Positions 50,741-60,000 of a DNA stretch of 64,000 nucleotides are shown piece by piece (the stretch's first letter is position 1; each line of letters opens with the position of its first letter). The position numbers and the translations under genes were made by a program. The DNA comes from a virus: positions 64,001 through 128,000 of the IMG/VR virus record IMGVR_UViG_3300046744_000381; one strand, given 5' to 3'. The notes beneath the pieces are model-generated. The model was not told the DNA's origin and searched no databases. It saw only the letters and a program-made list of their open reading frames with translations.

Positions 50741-51703
50741 ATGACTGACAGCAATAAGTTTGAAGAAATGCTTGAGCATCTTGTTAATGAAGATCGCGAA
50801 AAAGCAGCAGAACTTTTCCACGAAATTGTAGTGGAAAAATCAAGAGATATTTACGAATCATTACTCGAAGATGAAGAAGAAGTAGATGAAACAACTGACG
50901 AAGAAGTTGATGAAGCTACTGACGAAGAAGTCGATGAATCAGATGACGAAGATTTAGACGAAGCAACTGATGAAGAAGTTGACGAAGCTACTGACGAAGA
51001 AGTTGATGAAGCTACTGATGAAGAAGTTGAAGAAGGATTCTTTGATGAACCAGCAGTAGAAGCTGACCCAGCAGACGCTATGATAGGCGACATCGAAATG
51101 CCAGATATGGATATGGACGCCGGCGACGATGAAGCAGGCGACGAAATGGGTATGGACGATGCCGACGGCGACATCGAAGATCGTGTAATGGATCTAGAAG
51201 ATGAATTAGAAGCATTAAAAGCAGAATTTGAATCTATGATGGACGATGAAGCACCAGCAGACGATGAAGCAGGTGACGAAATGCCAATGGATATGGATTC
51301 CGAAGAAGGCGACGACGACGATGCTGAAGAAGAAGCATTTGCATACGAAGCAACTGATGAAGAAGTTGATGAAGCAAGTGACGAAGAAGTAGAAGAGTCA
51401 AAAGTTGCCAAGTCAAACACAGAAGTGATGCGTGAATATACTGATAAAGTAACAGCATCAATGGGTGACAACGGTGCTAATGCAAAATCAGTAGTTGCTG
51501 GTGCAAATAATATGGGCGGATCATCTGCAAATATTGCAAAAGGTGGATCAGCTGATGAAAAAGGTACTGGCGCAAGCGCACCAAAAACAGATACCGCTGG
51601 TAACGTAAACGTTCCTGGTGGAAAAGCTGGGAAAATGAACTCAGCAAAAGCCCCTGCAAAGGGAGACAACGGCGCTAATACTAAATCAACAATTGGCGCT
51701 TAA
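50741..51703 (+). CDS. Highly acidic prohead core protein
   Basis: D/E-rich, IEDRVMDLEDELEALKAEFE coiled coil, immediately before prohead protease. Confidence 0.7.
   Translation: MTDSNKFEEMLEHLVNEDREKAAELFHEIVVEKSRDIYESLLEDEEEVDETTDEEVDEATDEEVDESDDEDLDEATDEEVDEATDEEVDEATDEEVEEGFFDEPAVEADPADAMIGDIEMPDMDMDAGDDEAGDEMGMDDADGDIEDRVMDLEDELEALKAEFESMMDDEAPADDEAGDEMPMDMDSEEGDDDDAEEEAFAYEATDEEVDEASDEEVEESKVAKSNTEVMREYTDKVTASMGDNGANAKSVVAGANNMGGSSANIAKGGSADEKGTGASAPKTDTAGNVNVPGGKAGKMNSAKAPAKGDNGANTKSTIGA
50888..51031 (+). repeat. Coding tandem repeat, 6 x 24 bp (EATDEEVD); two more units at 51347-51394
   Basis: Consensus GAAGCTACTGAYGAAGAAGTTGAY read directly. Confidence 0.9.
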
Positions 51704-51713
51704 GGACTAAAAG

Positions 51714-52331
51714 ATGAAACACTTAAACGAACATTTGAGTTTCGACCAGGCTAAGATTGTAGTTGAGTCTGCTAATGACGGCAAAGACCTTTTTATGAAA
51801 GGCATTTGTATTCAAGGCGGAGTCAAAAACGCAAATCAGCGTGTTTATCCCGTAAATGAGATTAGCAGGGCTGTCACCACACTCAACGAACAAATTAGTG
51901 GCGGCTACTCAGTGTTAGGCGAAGTAGATCATCCTGAAGGACTTAATATTAACCTAGACCGTGTTAGCCATATGATTAATGAAATGTGGATGGACGGACC
52001 TAATGGTTACGGAAAACTTAAAGTACTACCAACTCCGATGGGACAACTAGTAAAGACAATGCTTGAAAGCGGCGTCAAACTTGGTGTTTCATCGAGAGGT
52101 AGTGGCGAAGTAGACGGCGGCGGAGAAGTCGCCGGATTCGAAATAATAACTGTGGACGTTGTGGCTCAGCCCAGCGCCCCCGGTGCGTATCCAACACCAA
52201 TTTACGAACATTTAATGAACGAAAGAGGCGGATACAAGGCATTTTTAAATTCAAGAGAAGTACAAGGCGACAAAAAGGCACAAAAGTATTTAAAAGAGAG
52301 TCTATTGAATATAATAGACAGGCTCCAATAA
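51714..52331 (+). CDS. gp21: Prohead protease
   Basis: NANQRVYP, LGEVDHP, LDRVSH, LPTPMG, LGVSSRGSG, DVVAQPSAPGA. Confidence 0.95.
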   Translation: MKHLNEHLSFDQAKIVVESANDGKDLFMKGICIQGGVKNANQRVYPVNEISRAVTTLNEQISGGYSVLGEVDHPEGLNINLDRVSHMINEMWMDGPNGYGKLKVLPTPMGQLVKTMLESGVKLGVSSRGSGEVDGGGEVAGFEIITVDVVAQPSAPGAYPTPIYEHLMNERGGYKAFLNSREVQGDKKAQKYLKESLLNIIDRLQ

Positions 52332-52344
52332 CGAGGAGAAATTA

Positions 52345-53436
52345 ATGTTAGATGCACTCAAAAATCTCTTCGAAAATGACGCACTATCAGAAGAAGTACG
52401 TTCTGAATTAGAGGAAGCGTGGAACGCAAAAGTTAAAGAAAATCGACTTGAAGTTACTAGTGAACTACGCGAAGAATTTGCTAAAAAGTATGAACACGAT
52501 AAAACTACAATGGTAGAAGCCATTGATAGTCTTGTTACAGAAAAACTAGCAGAAGAAATCGCAGAATTCCAAGACGATCGTAAACAACTAGCAGAAGCAA
52601 AAGCAAAATTTGCTGTTGCTCAGCGTAAAAATGCTAATCTAATGAAATCTTTTGTTTCTGAGCAACTTGCTACAGAAATTAAAGAACTGCACTCCGATCA
52701 AAAAGCAATGGCAGATAAATTTGTTGCTCTAGAAGAGTTTGTAGTAGAATCACTTGCGAAAGAACTTGCAGAATTTTACGAAGACAAAAAAGACTTGGCC
52801 GAAACAAAAGTACGTTTAGTACGTGAAGCCAAAGAACATCTTAGTAGCGTTAAGTCAACGTTTATTAAGAAAAGTGCAGCGTTGGTATCAGAAACAGTAT
52901 CAAAGGGTCTCACAAAAGAGATTTCTTCACTGAAAGAAGATATTGAAGCAGCACGTGAAAATGATTTTGGACGTAAATTATTCGAAGCATTTGCTAACGA
53001 ATATCAACACTCATATCTTAACGAGAAGAGTGAAACTTCTAAACTACTAAGGGTTGTAGGTACTAAAGACCAACAGCTTGCAGAAGCAAAAGAAGCAGCG
53101 TCTAAAGCAATCAAACTTGCAGAAGCACAGGCAGCAGAGAACAAAAAGATCACTGAATCTGTGTCACGCAAAGAAAGTATTGATGGTTTAGTAGCTCCGT
53201 TGAGCATTGACCAGAAAGAAATAATGATGGACTTGTTAGAATCAGTTCAAACAGGAAAATTACAATCACAGTTTGAGAAATACTTACCGGCAGTTATCGA
53301 CGGCAAGAGTCCAACGAAGAAGGCAGTTTTAGCAGAGGCAAAAGAAGTAACAGGCAACAGAACAGAAACAACTGATATAACAGCAAAGGCTGATAGCAAC
53401 GTAGTTGATATCAAGCGTTTAGCTGGTTTGAATTAA
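52345..53436 (+). CDS. gp22: Prohead scaffold protein
   Basis: Long E/K/A-rich coiled coil between protease and capsid genes. Confidence 0.8.
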   Translation: MLDALKNLFENDALSEEVRSELEEAWNAKVKENRLEVTSELREEFAKKYEHDKTTMVEAIDSLVTEKLAEEIAEFQDDRKQLAEAKAKFAVAQRKNANLMKSFVSEQLATEIKELHSDQKAMADKFVALEEFVVESLAKELAEFYEDKKDLAETKVRLVREAKEHLSSVKSTFIKKSAALVSETVSKGLTKEISSLKEDIEAARENDFGRKLFEAFANEYQHSYLNEKSETSKLLRVVGTKDQQLAEAKEAASKAIKLAEAQAAENKKITESVSRKESIDGLVAPLSIDQKEIMMDLLESVQTGKLQSQFEKYLPAVIDGKSPTKKAVLAEAKEVTGNRTETTDITAKADSNVVDIKRLAGLN

Positions 53437-53446
53437 GGAGATAACA

Positions 53447-54616
53447 ATGTCAGAACTATTAGAAAGTCGCTGGCAAGAGACTAAAACAGCACTTCTTGAA
53501 GGCCTAAATGGCAATAAGAAAGCAGTTATGGCGTCAACACTTGAGAATACACGCAAGTATTTGGCTGAGACTGCAGGTGCTGGAGCTACCTCTGCCGGCA
53601 ATATCGCAACACTTAACCGTGTGATCCTACCAGTGATCAGACGTGTTATGCCAACAGTGATTGCAAACGAAATCGTTGGTGTTCAGCCAATGACAGGTCC
53701 AGTGGGTCAAATCCACACATTGAGAGTACGTTACTCTGATACAGCAGGCTCAGGCGCAAGCGGAGCAACAGCTGGAGAAGAAGCACTTTCACCATTCAAA
53801 ATTGCTGAAGCATATTCTGGTGCAACCAGTGGTAAAGCAGCAGCAACAGCAGCTCTAGAAGGTGCAGCTGGTAATAAACTTAGCATTCAGATCTTGAAAC
53901 AGACTGTTGAAGCTAAATCACGTAAGTTATCAGCACGTTGGACATTTGAAGCGGCACAAGACGCTCAAAGCCAGCACGGTATCGATGTAGAAGCAGAAAT
54001 TATGGCAGCACTTGCTCAAGAAATTACTGCAGAAATCGATCAAGAGGTCCTAGGATCACTTGCTTCTTTAGCAGGAACAGGTACAGACACTTATAACCAA
54101 GCAGCAGTATCTGGTACAGCTACATTTGTTGGCGACGAACACGCAGCTTTAGCAGTTCTAGTTAACAGAGCAGCAAACAGAATTGCACAGAGAACACGTA
54201 GAGGCGCAGGTAACTGGGCTGTTGTTTCTCCAGCAATTTTGACTGTACTTCAGTCAGCAACAACTTCAGCGTTCGCAAGAACAACTGAAGGTACTTTTGA
54301 AGCACCAACAAATACTAAAATGGTTGGTACTTTGAACGGTGCAATGAAAATCTACGTAAACACATATGCAGCAGATGATGATGTATTAGTTGGATACAAA
54401 GGTTCTTCAGAATCAGACGCAGCAGCGTTCTACTGCCCATACATTCCGTTAATGAGTAGTGGCGTTGTACTTGACCCAACATCATTTGAGCCAGTCGTAT
54501 CATTTATGACTCGTTATGGATATGTTGAGTTGTCAAACACAGCTTCGTCTCTTGGTAACGCAGCTGACTACGTAGAGAAAGTTGAAGTGAACACAGGTAA
54601 CTTGAGTTTCTCATAA
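53447..54616 (+). CDS. gp23: Major capsid protein
   Basis: RRVMPTVIANEIVGVQPMTGPVGQI, VEAKSRKLSARWTFEAAQD, AFYCPYIPL, FMTRYG. Confidence 0.97.
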   Translation: MSELLESRWQETKTALLEGLNGNKKAVMASTLENTRKYLAETAGAGATSAGNIATLNRVILPVIRRVMPTVIANEIVGVQPMTGPVGQIHTLRVRYSDTAGSGASGATAGEEALSPFKIAEAYSGATSGKAAATAALEGAAGNKLSIQILKQTVEAKSRKLSARWTFEAAQDAQSQHGIDVEAEIMAALAQEITAEIDQEVLGSLASLAGTGTDTYNQAAVSGTATFVGDEHAALAVLVNRAANRIAQRTRRGAGNWAVVSPAILTVLQSATTSAFARTTEGTFEAPTNTKMVGTLNGAMKIYVNTYAADDDVLVGYKGSSESDAAAFYCPYIPLMSSGVVLDPTSFEPVVSFMTRYGYVELSNTASSLGNAADYVEKVEVNTGNLSFS

Positions 54617-54634
54617 GCTAAACTTTACAAGTTC

Positions 54635-54661
54635 AAAATAGGCCCTACGGGGCCTATTTTT
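54635..54661 (+). terminator. Intrinsic terminator after major capsid gene
   Basis: AAAATAGGCCC-TACG-GGGCCTATTTTT. Confidence 0.9.
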
Positions 54662-54666
54662 ATGAG

Positions 54667-54672
54667 TAAATA
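54667..54672 (+). promoter_or_regulatory. gp55-type late promoter (TAAATA)
   Basis: TAAATAC right after terminator, before AAGGAG SD. Confidence 0.55.
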
Positions 54673-54690
54673 CCCACAAGGAGTAATATA

Positions 54691-54885
54691 ATGATATACA
54701 AAGGTCAGGTTTATAAGTTTACAGGTAAATGGGGTGTTGTACGTCCAGATGCATTTGGTCAAGTACGTGTTGACGTACTGTTTGATAAAAATCAACATAA
54801 ACTAATTATTGGTGATCGTGTTGAATATGAACAAATTGAAAAAAATAATAGAAGATATGCAGAAAATATTGTAAAAATAGGTTGA
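54691..54885 (+). CDS. Cold-shock-domain-like (OB-fold) small protein
   Basis: KGQVYKF..KWGVVRPD...DVLF...LIIGDRVEYE...YAENI follows the CspA pattern with degenerate RNP motifs. Confidence 0.65.
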   Translation: MIYKGQVYKFTGKWGVVRPDAFGQVRVDVLFDKNQHKLIIGDRVEYEQIEKNNRRYAENIVKIG

Positions 54886-54909
54886 CTTTTATTTTGTATA
54901 TGCTATATT
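54882..54909 (+). promoter_or_regulatory. Sigma70-type promoter (extended -10) for the ncRNA
   Basis: TTGACT, 16 nt, TATATT preceded by TGn. Confidence 0.65.
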
Positions 54910-54915
54910 AAGTAC

Positions 54916-55159
54916 ATAACAAAGACGACGGTCCTAGTTAGATAGTGCAAGGAAGAGAGATAGCAGGTCTCAAACTTGGCTAGTAGTTGTAGTGACAGCG
55001 TATGAGCGTGGAGACACGAAGATGCGACTTTAAACGTAACTGTTTGATACTAGGCTCTTGGTGATTTAGCAGAACAGACTGCAAAGCCGGGTTGTTGGTA
55101 TTCTGAAGTCCAACCTATCAACATTATAGAAAAAGGTCTACTTCGGTGGGCCTTTTTTT
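54916..55159 (+). ncRNA. Candidate ~240-nt structured ncRNA (family unassigned)
   Basis: Own promoter and terminator, no ORF; hairpins CGTG-GAGA-CACG, GTTGT-AGTG-ACAGC, GCAG/CTGC, GGTTG/CAACC; long-range CCTAGT/ACTAGG and GATAG/CTATC. Confidence 0.7.
55130..55159 (+). terminator. Intrinsic terminator with UUCG loop
   Basis: AGGTCTAC-TTCG-GTGGGCCT followed by a T run. Confidence 0.9.
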
Positions 55160-55191
55160 ACGAACATTATAACCCATTTTTTCGAAAAGGA

Positions 55192-55291
55192 TAAATACTA
55201 TTGTCAGATAGTATGCCGCAAGGCGGACTTATGCTGTACCCGCAGCGTAGCTCATAGAACGGGCATCGGACTTCTAAACAGGAGAAAACAA
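55192..55291 (+). promoter_or_regulatory. Late promoter plus structured 5' leader
   Basis: TAAATA at 55192; closing stem GTCAGAT/ATCGGAC enclosing three hairpins; GGAG SD at 55281. Confidence 0.6.
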
Positions 55292-55642
55292 ATGGGAAGA
55301 CCTATTAATAAAAGAAACTTTGGCGCTACTGGAGCCACCACACCAACAATACCAGTTAGATATCACAACGGATCATCAAGTGTAGAAGGTTACATTGTGA
55401 ATCAAAAAGGTACAAACAAATTTACAGTAACAACTAACGGTTCTGATACATTCGTATGCAGACTTGTTAATGAAGTTGCTCCAAATGCAGCAGCAGAAAT
55501 GTCATTAGTTGGCTTAGCAGGCAGTCCTGTTATTCTGAAGAAACTATTCAACAGAACAGCAGTTGATTGGGACGGTAACCGTTATACTTGGACTACTGAG
55601 GACGACTCTACCGAATCATTGTTAAGACTGACAGCCATTTAA
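55292..55642 (+). CDS. Small virion structural protein (putative head/neck accessory)
   Basis: MGRPINKRNFG...GYIVNQKGTNKF; strong SD; late promoter. Confidence 0.55.
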   Translation: MGRPINKRNFGATGATTPTIPVRYHNGSSSVEGYIVNQKGTNKFTVTTNGSDTFVCRLVNEVAPNAAAEMSLVGLAGSPVILKKLFNRTAVDWDGNRYTWTTEDDSTESLLRLTAI

Positions 55643-55653
55643 GGAGTTTCTAA

Positions 55654-56673
55654 ATGGCTCAACGTATCAATAGAATCGGCGCAGATTCTTATGTAATCAA
55701 AGTAGATAATGGCGGAAGCATTGAATTAGATGTAGGACCAGCAGGTGCTGTCACAGTAACCGGTGATCTTGCAGTTCAAGGTGAAAGCACATCTATTGGA
55801 TCTAGTGATCTTGTAGTTGAAGATAATACTATTACTGTCAACGCAGGTGAAACAGGCAGCGGAGTTACATTAAACACAGCCGGTTTAATTGTTGAGCGTG
55901 GAATCGCAAATGATGCTTACTTCTTCTGGGACGAAAGAGTACAAAGTATTAGTGGCGGAATAGCTCGTCAAGGTAGTTGGATATTACAAGACTCAACTAA
56001 TGCTATTAACGGATTAGTTGCATCTAGTATTAGACCAGATACTATAGGAAGTAACAATTTAACTTTACTAGCTGAAGGTACAGGTATTGTTACAGTTACA
56101 GGTACCACTGATTACGAAAAGCAAGTGTATGACTACACAGGCGATGACATTACTACTAATGCCAGTAATCCAACAAAATTAGTTTTACCAAACGACGATG
56201 ACGCATTAGTATCGGCTAGATTACTTGAAGACTTTGTAAGAGGATACACAACACAAAACTTACAAACAGGTATTTCAAAAGGCGATACTACACCTACTAG
56301 TGTAAAAACTTTTGACTTTGAAGTTGATTCATCAACAAGTAGAATTGAATTTAAAATCGATGACAATTTGTTAGCAACAATGTTTGAGAATCGCTTAGAA
56401 ATTGGCAATATTAAAATTACTGCTAATTCTATTACATCTAGCGATGTTAATGGCGATGTTGTTCTTGCAGGAGCAGGTACTGGCGGTGTTAGATTAGATA
56501 CTGCTACTACTATCAAAAAATTAGCAGACCCAGTTGTACCAACTGATGGAGTTTCGTTATATAGTAAACCATTAGCAGATGGAGGAACAGGTATATTTTT
56601 TGTAAATGAAGATACAACTCAAGACGAACTAGCAAGTCGGAACAAAGCACTACTTTTCAGTATAATATTTTAA
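55654..56673 (+). CDS. Fibre-like structural protein
   Basis: VTGDLAVQG...VEDNTITVNAGE...AGLIVERG...FFWDE motif of T4-like fibres; C-terminal NKALLFSIIF. Confidence 0.65.
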   Translation: MAQRINRIGADSYVIKVDNGGSIELDVGPAGAVTVTGDLAVQGESTSIGSSDLVVEDNTITVNAGETGSGVTLNTAGLIVERGIANDAYFFWDERVQSISGGIARQGSWILQDSTNAINGLVASSIRPDTIGSNNLTLLAEGTGIVTVTGTTDYEKQVYDYTGDDITTNASNPTKLVLPNDDDALVSARLLEDFVRGYTTQNLQTGISKGDTTPTSVKTFDFEVDSSTSRIEFKIDDNLLATMFENRLEIGNIKITANSITSSDVNGDVVLAGAGTGGVRLDTATTIKKLADPVVPTDGVSLYSKPLADGGTGIFFVNEDTTQDELASRNKALLFSIIF

Positions 56674-56683
56674 AGGAACAGAA

Positions 56684-57016
56684 ATGGCAATAGTAAACGC
56701 ACAAATAGCAAGCACAGATACAATATTAATTACTGTCCCAGCAGCTAAGAAATATGCTATAACTACAGTTCTAGTGTGTAACAACCAGTTTGATGACTCT
56801 AGTGGTGCAAATGATACAACATTTGATATGCACGTTATACCAGCTGGTCAAAGTAAAACACTTAGAAATTTAGTTTTAAATGACTTAAAAGTTGCAGCGG
56901 CAGATACATTTACATTTAATGTAGAAAGATTGATTTTAGAGGCAGATGACAGATTAGTGTTTGTAGGTGCTAACCCACAAAATTTAAGTGTTACAGTAAG
57001 TTATTTGGAAGTATAA
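56684..57016 (+). CDS. Small beta-rich structural protein
   Basis: 110 aa, RLILEADDRL...VTVSYLEV. Confidence 0.6.
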   Translation: MAIVNAQIASTDTILITVPAAKKYAITTVLVCNNQFDDSSGANDTTFDMHVIPAGQSKTLRNLVLNDLKVAAADTFTFNVERLILEADDRLVFVGANPQNLSVTVSYLEV

Positions 57017-60000
57017 ATGGATTATTTTAAGAGACAGTCGTTACATAGCAGGTTAATAGGAGACACTAGTGTAACATTAACAGCAGATGGCGAAGTCTTA
57101 ATCGAACCAAGCGGTCGCAAGGTTACGATTGACGGCGACTTAGTTGTTACAGGAAACGCAAGCGGTTCTGAAGTTACTGACATACTTTATGTTACCCAAG
57201 ACGGTAATGATTTAAATGACGGTAAAAGTTTAGGACCAGACGGAGCGAAAGCAACAATTAAAAGTGCTGTCGCTTCATCAAGCCCGGGTACTACAATTCT
57301 TGTAGGACCAGGAGATTTCTATGAATCAAATCCAATAACTCTACCAGATTTTGTTACTATTAGAGGTACTGGTGATTTAAGAAATACTAGAATTTTCCCA
57401 AGAAATAATACGCAAACTATTTTCTATATGGGAAATGGTTGTTACTTACACGAACTTACTATGAGAGGGTTAAGATATCCAGGATGGTGTGCTGAAATAC
57501 GAGAAGGCGCACTTGTAACAACATCACCATATATACAAAACTGTACAAATATGAATGGTCCTTGGTTGAATGACGGCACAGAATTTATTCCATTCGAAAC
57601 AGTGCAGATACCAGGAATTGAACCTGGTGCTAAACCATTAATGGTTGAAGATTATCCTGCTTTACCTTCTGGCAAACAAGTTAATGACACAGGCGGCGGT
57701 GGCGGCCTATATGTTGACGGTAATCAATATGATCCTGCATCACTTGTGTTTAGTTTTGTTGCAGATGCATTTACACAAATTGCACAAGGCGGAGTTGGCT
57801 TTTGGATTGATAATTTTGGTTACACACAAATTGTTAGTTGTTTCTCAGTATTCTGTAGTGTTGGTTTTAAAACCACACGAGGCGGCTATCTATCTATTTC
57901 AAACTCTGTAAGTGACTTTGGATTAAAAGGTATTGAAGCAGACGGATTCTATCCACAAGCATATACAACTGCCAGACCACAGCAAGATTATTTTAGTACT
58001 GTTGCAAGTGTTACAATTAATACACCTGGTGCAAATTATACTTCTGCTCCTACTGTTGTAATAGAAGGACCATCAAAAGTTGGAGGCGTAACAGCGACTG
58101 CCACTGCATCAATAGACACTACTTCAGGAAAACTAGCTGCTGTTACAATACAACAAGCAGGTAGCGGTTATACTAGTGTCCCTTTAATTTCATTTAGTGG
58201 AGGCGGAGCAACTGCTCAAGCCACAGGCACAATTAATCTTGCCTCTAATGTCACAGTAACCCTAAACAGTTTAAGAGACAAACCACAAACAGGTAGTATA
58301 ATTAAATTTGAAGGTGACCCTCTTTATTATTATATTACTGGAACTAATCAAATTAATCCACCTTTTGTTTATGATGAGGTAGTATGTAGAAGAGATTTAC
58401 GTAGGATTATTGACGCTGTCACTGCTGATATTGTTTTAGGCACAAGTTATCAATCACAAGCAGCAGCAACAAGTTACTTGAGAGCAACATCAAGTAAAGT
58501 ATTATCAGATCAATTGGCACCAACTGTTTTTGGTATTGAATCGGCTAGAGACGGAATGAAGGCCGAAACTACTAATCTAGCAATGGAAGAGCAAATTGAT
58601 TATTTGTTTAACATAATTACAAGCACAATTAATGAAGGGGACAGTAGTGTACAGCCCGATAATCAAAATGATATTGCTAATACACTAAACGATCTGAATA
58701 CTATCGACCCTGCAAGAATTGCTGCAAAAAATAATGTTTTAGAAAATAGAGAGTTTATAGTAGAAGAAGTTGCAGCATATGTTAATGATCAGTTTACTGA
58801 ACTAAGTTATAACCAAGCTGATTATACTAGTGATATGACAACACTTATTAATGGTATTCAAATGTTTGCAGCGTTAGAAAGTAACCAGCAAATTATTAGA
58901 CTTGCTCAAGAATACGAAGTACGCACTAGATTCAAACCAATGTTGTTGTCTAGTTTTAGATTCCTAAGCGAAAAATTTGAAGCACTAGCCGAAGTACAAG
59001 CAAGTACAATTGCATTAACAAATGTTAAAGAAGGCTTCAACCAGTTTATGAATATTATTGATGATGGTGATAGTTCGGCAAATGTAATTGTATTTCCTGA
59101 ACACGCAGGAGTTGATAGCAATAGAGCAGATGCTAAAGATCAATTACAAGCAAACAAAAACTTTTTGACAACAGAATTTACAACTTTTCTAGCAGCAGAA
59201 GCTCCAGGATTTAGTTTTGATGTGGATAATTACAAATTAGATTTTGAAAGAATAATCGATGCTATGACCTTTGACGTCCTGTACAACGGTAATAGTAGTA
59301 CAGTTTTAGAAGCTAGATATTATTTTGATAATGGTGCAGACGGAACTTTATTTTCAGATTTAACACCTAATGATAGAAATGCTATCGTACAATCATATGC
59401 ACGTATGAGATTTGTAATAGGTAGAGTAGCTAGAGGTTTAGCTGTAACAGCTACAACCGGTAATGGCGTTAGTCAAGATTTTACAAGCAACAATGCAACA
59501 CAGAGTGAAGCTGATTTTCTAGATACATTATTGTTTAACATTGAAGATATGATAGATAATGTAACACTAGATAGATTGCCTTCAACTTTAACATATCCAA
59601 CATACGGGGACGAACCTGCGTTACAGGTAGATGCTGCAAATATTATTGAAGCTAGACGTAACGGTTTTATTACTGATGCTATATCATATAATTTAGCAAA
59701 TAATCCAACACTTACATACAATCAAGATAAATGTAAAAGAGATATCGGTTACTTGGTTGATGGAATTAATCGTGACATACTATTAGGTACTAATCATAAT
59801 AGTATACAGGCAGCTACAGCATATAAACGTGCAAATGTTGCATATCTAAATTCAGAACAAAAACCAGCTACAATTCTTTCATTAAAATATGCAAAAACAT
59901 TAGGAATAGCAGCAGTTACAACTAATGATTTAATCAGAGACGATGTTTCAGCAAAATGGGATATAATTCTTGATATTATAGAATTTGATCAATTACCTAG

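Noticed and set aside
50888-51031. 24-bp tandem repeats as CRISPR or guide array
   Set aside because: No unique spacers; in-frame coding repeat with synonymous variation.
54916-55130. tRNA, tmRNA, RNase P, twister or hammerhead identity for the ncRNA
   Set aside because: Partial word matches only (GGTCCTAG, GAAGTCC); required stems and conserved cores (TTCGA T-loop, CTGATGA/GAAA, GAGGAAAGTCC) are absent.
50663-55180. ACCCATTTT-like motif upstream of two late promoters (50663, 55172)
   Set aside because: Only two copies at different spacing in AT-rich DNA; not enough support.
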